DNA from: Paraspadella gotoi
Taxonomy: Eukaryota > Animalia > Chaetognatha
Direction: 5' to 3'
DNA: 64,000 bases
Assembly (NCBI GenBank): GCA_051294375.1
Contig: CM119263.1
Coordinates: 5,020,740-5,084,739, forward strand
Under the pieces are notes generated by a model. It was not told where the DNA came from and ran no database searches. It saw nothing but the letters and a program-made list of their open reading frames with translations. This document shows, piece after piece, positions 63,251 to 64,000 of this stretch; the first letter of the stretch is position 1, and each line of letters opens with the position of its first letter. A program made the translations under genes and the position numbers.

Positions 63251-63380
63251 GTCGTCGTCGTCGTTAGGACTTTAGCCTTTACCTGCGACTCGTCATTTCA
63301 TGGACGTCGATCTCAAGGAGAGAAAGAAGGAGGAGGAGGCGGGAGTAGGACAGAGGAGCATTAGGAAATACCTGGAGAGA

Positions 63381-63468
<88 letters not shown>

Positions 63469-63640
63469 NNNNNNNNNNNNNNNNNNNNNNNNNTCGTCGT
63501 GGTCGTCGTCGTCGTCGTCGTCTAGGACTATTAGCCTTTTACCTGCGACTCGTCATTTCTGGACGTCGAGAGAGAGAGAGAGAGAGAGATTGACAAGTGC
63601 ACATGACGAAAAAAAGCGAAGACCCATCAAACCAGCGGAA

Positions 63641-63710
63641 GTTATGTCATCAACTTATGTCATCAACTTATGTCATCAACTTATGTCATCAACTTATGTC
63701 ATTAACTTAA
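63641..63710. repeat. 13-bp tandem repeat (TTATGTCATCAAC) x5
   Basis: Direct inspection. Confidence 0.92.
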
Positions 63711-64000
63711 GTAAAATTATGTTTAAGTCGCTAAAATATATAATTGCAGCGACAACGGCGATGACGACGATGACGACAACGATGACTACGATGACGAAGA
63801 CAACGACGACGACGTCAATCACCATAGGAGAGGAAAGGATTAGAGGAAGAAGAGGAAGAGAAAACAAGAAAACAAGAAAACAAGAGTCTCATGTTTTGCC
63901 AGAAAAGTCGACGATAAAAATGTTTTCTTTTGGTGAAGATGATTTTTTTACATATTTGCTTTTTTTTTGCCCTTTTCTTCCCCCATCGCTTTCAGACTTC

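Overview
Repeat-rich eukaryotic DNA, probably animal because it carries a BEL/Pao element. The sequence looks like an error-prone, gap-filled long-read assembly: many homopolymer indels, several N gaps, and seven gaps of exactly 25 N. Almost all ORFs in the supplied track are translations of (AG)n, (GAC)n, (GTT)n and pyrimidine-rich tracts, not proteins. Supported content: (1) a 5'-truncated, degenerate L1/Tx1-clade LINE (8631-12767) with a poly(A) tail, whose empty site is in the neighbouring duplicate; (2) a full-length BEL/Pao LTR retrotransposon (18475-25836) with a 5-bp target-site duplication (TSD), an empty site at ~39610, the RT core apparently deleted, and a ~600-bp foldback element inside its 3' LTR; (3) a cryptic minus-strand gene of about 11-12 short exons (27482-30363) missed by the ORF track. 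It lies in a ~6-kb segment absent from the sister duplicate, and its hand-reconstructed protein has motifs loosely ordered like a tyrosine recombinase (Crypton-like; this is inference); (4) several adjacent two-copy duplications of 0.2-8 kb, some probably assembly artefacts; (5) minisatellites and a few isolated candidate exons. No rRNA, tRNA, CRISPR array or prokaryotic features were recognised. All protein readings are manual and cross frameshifts.
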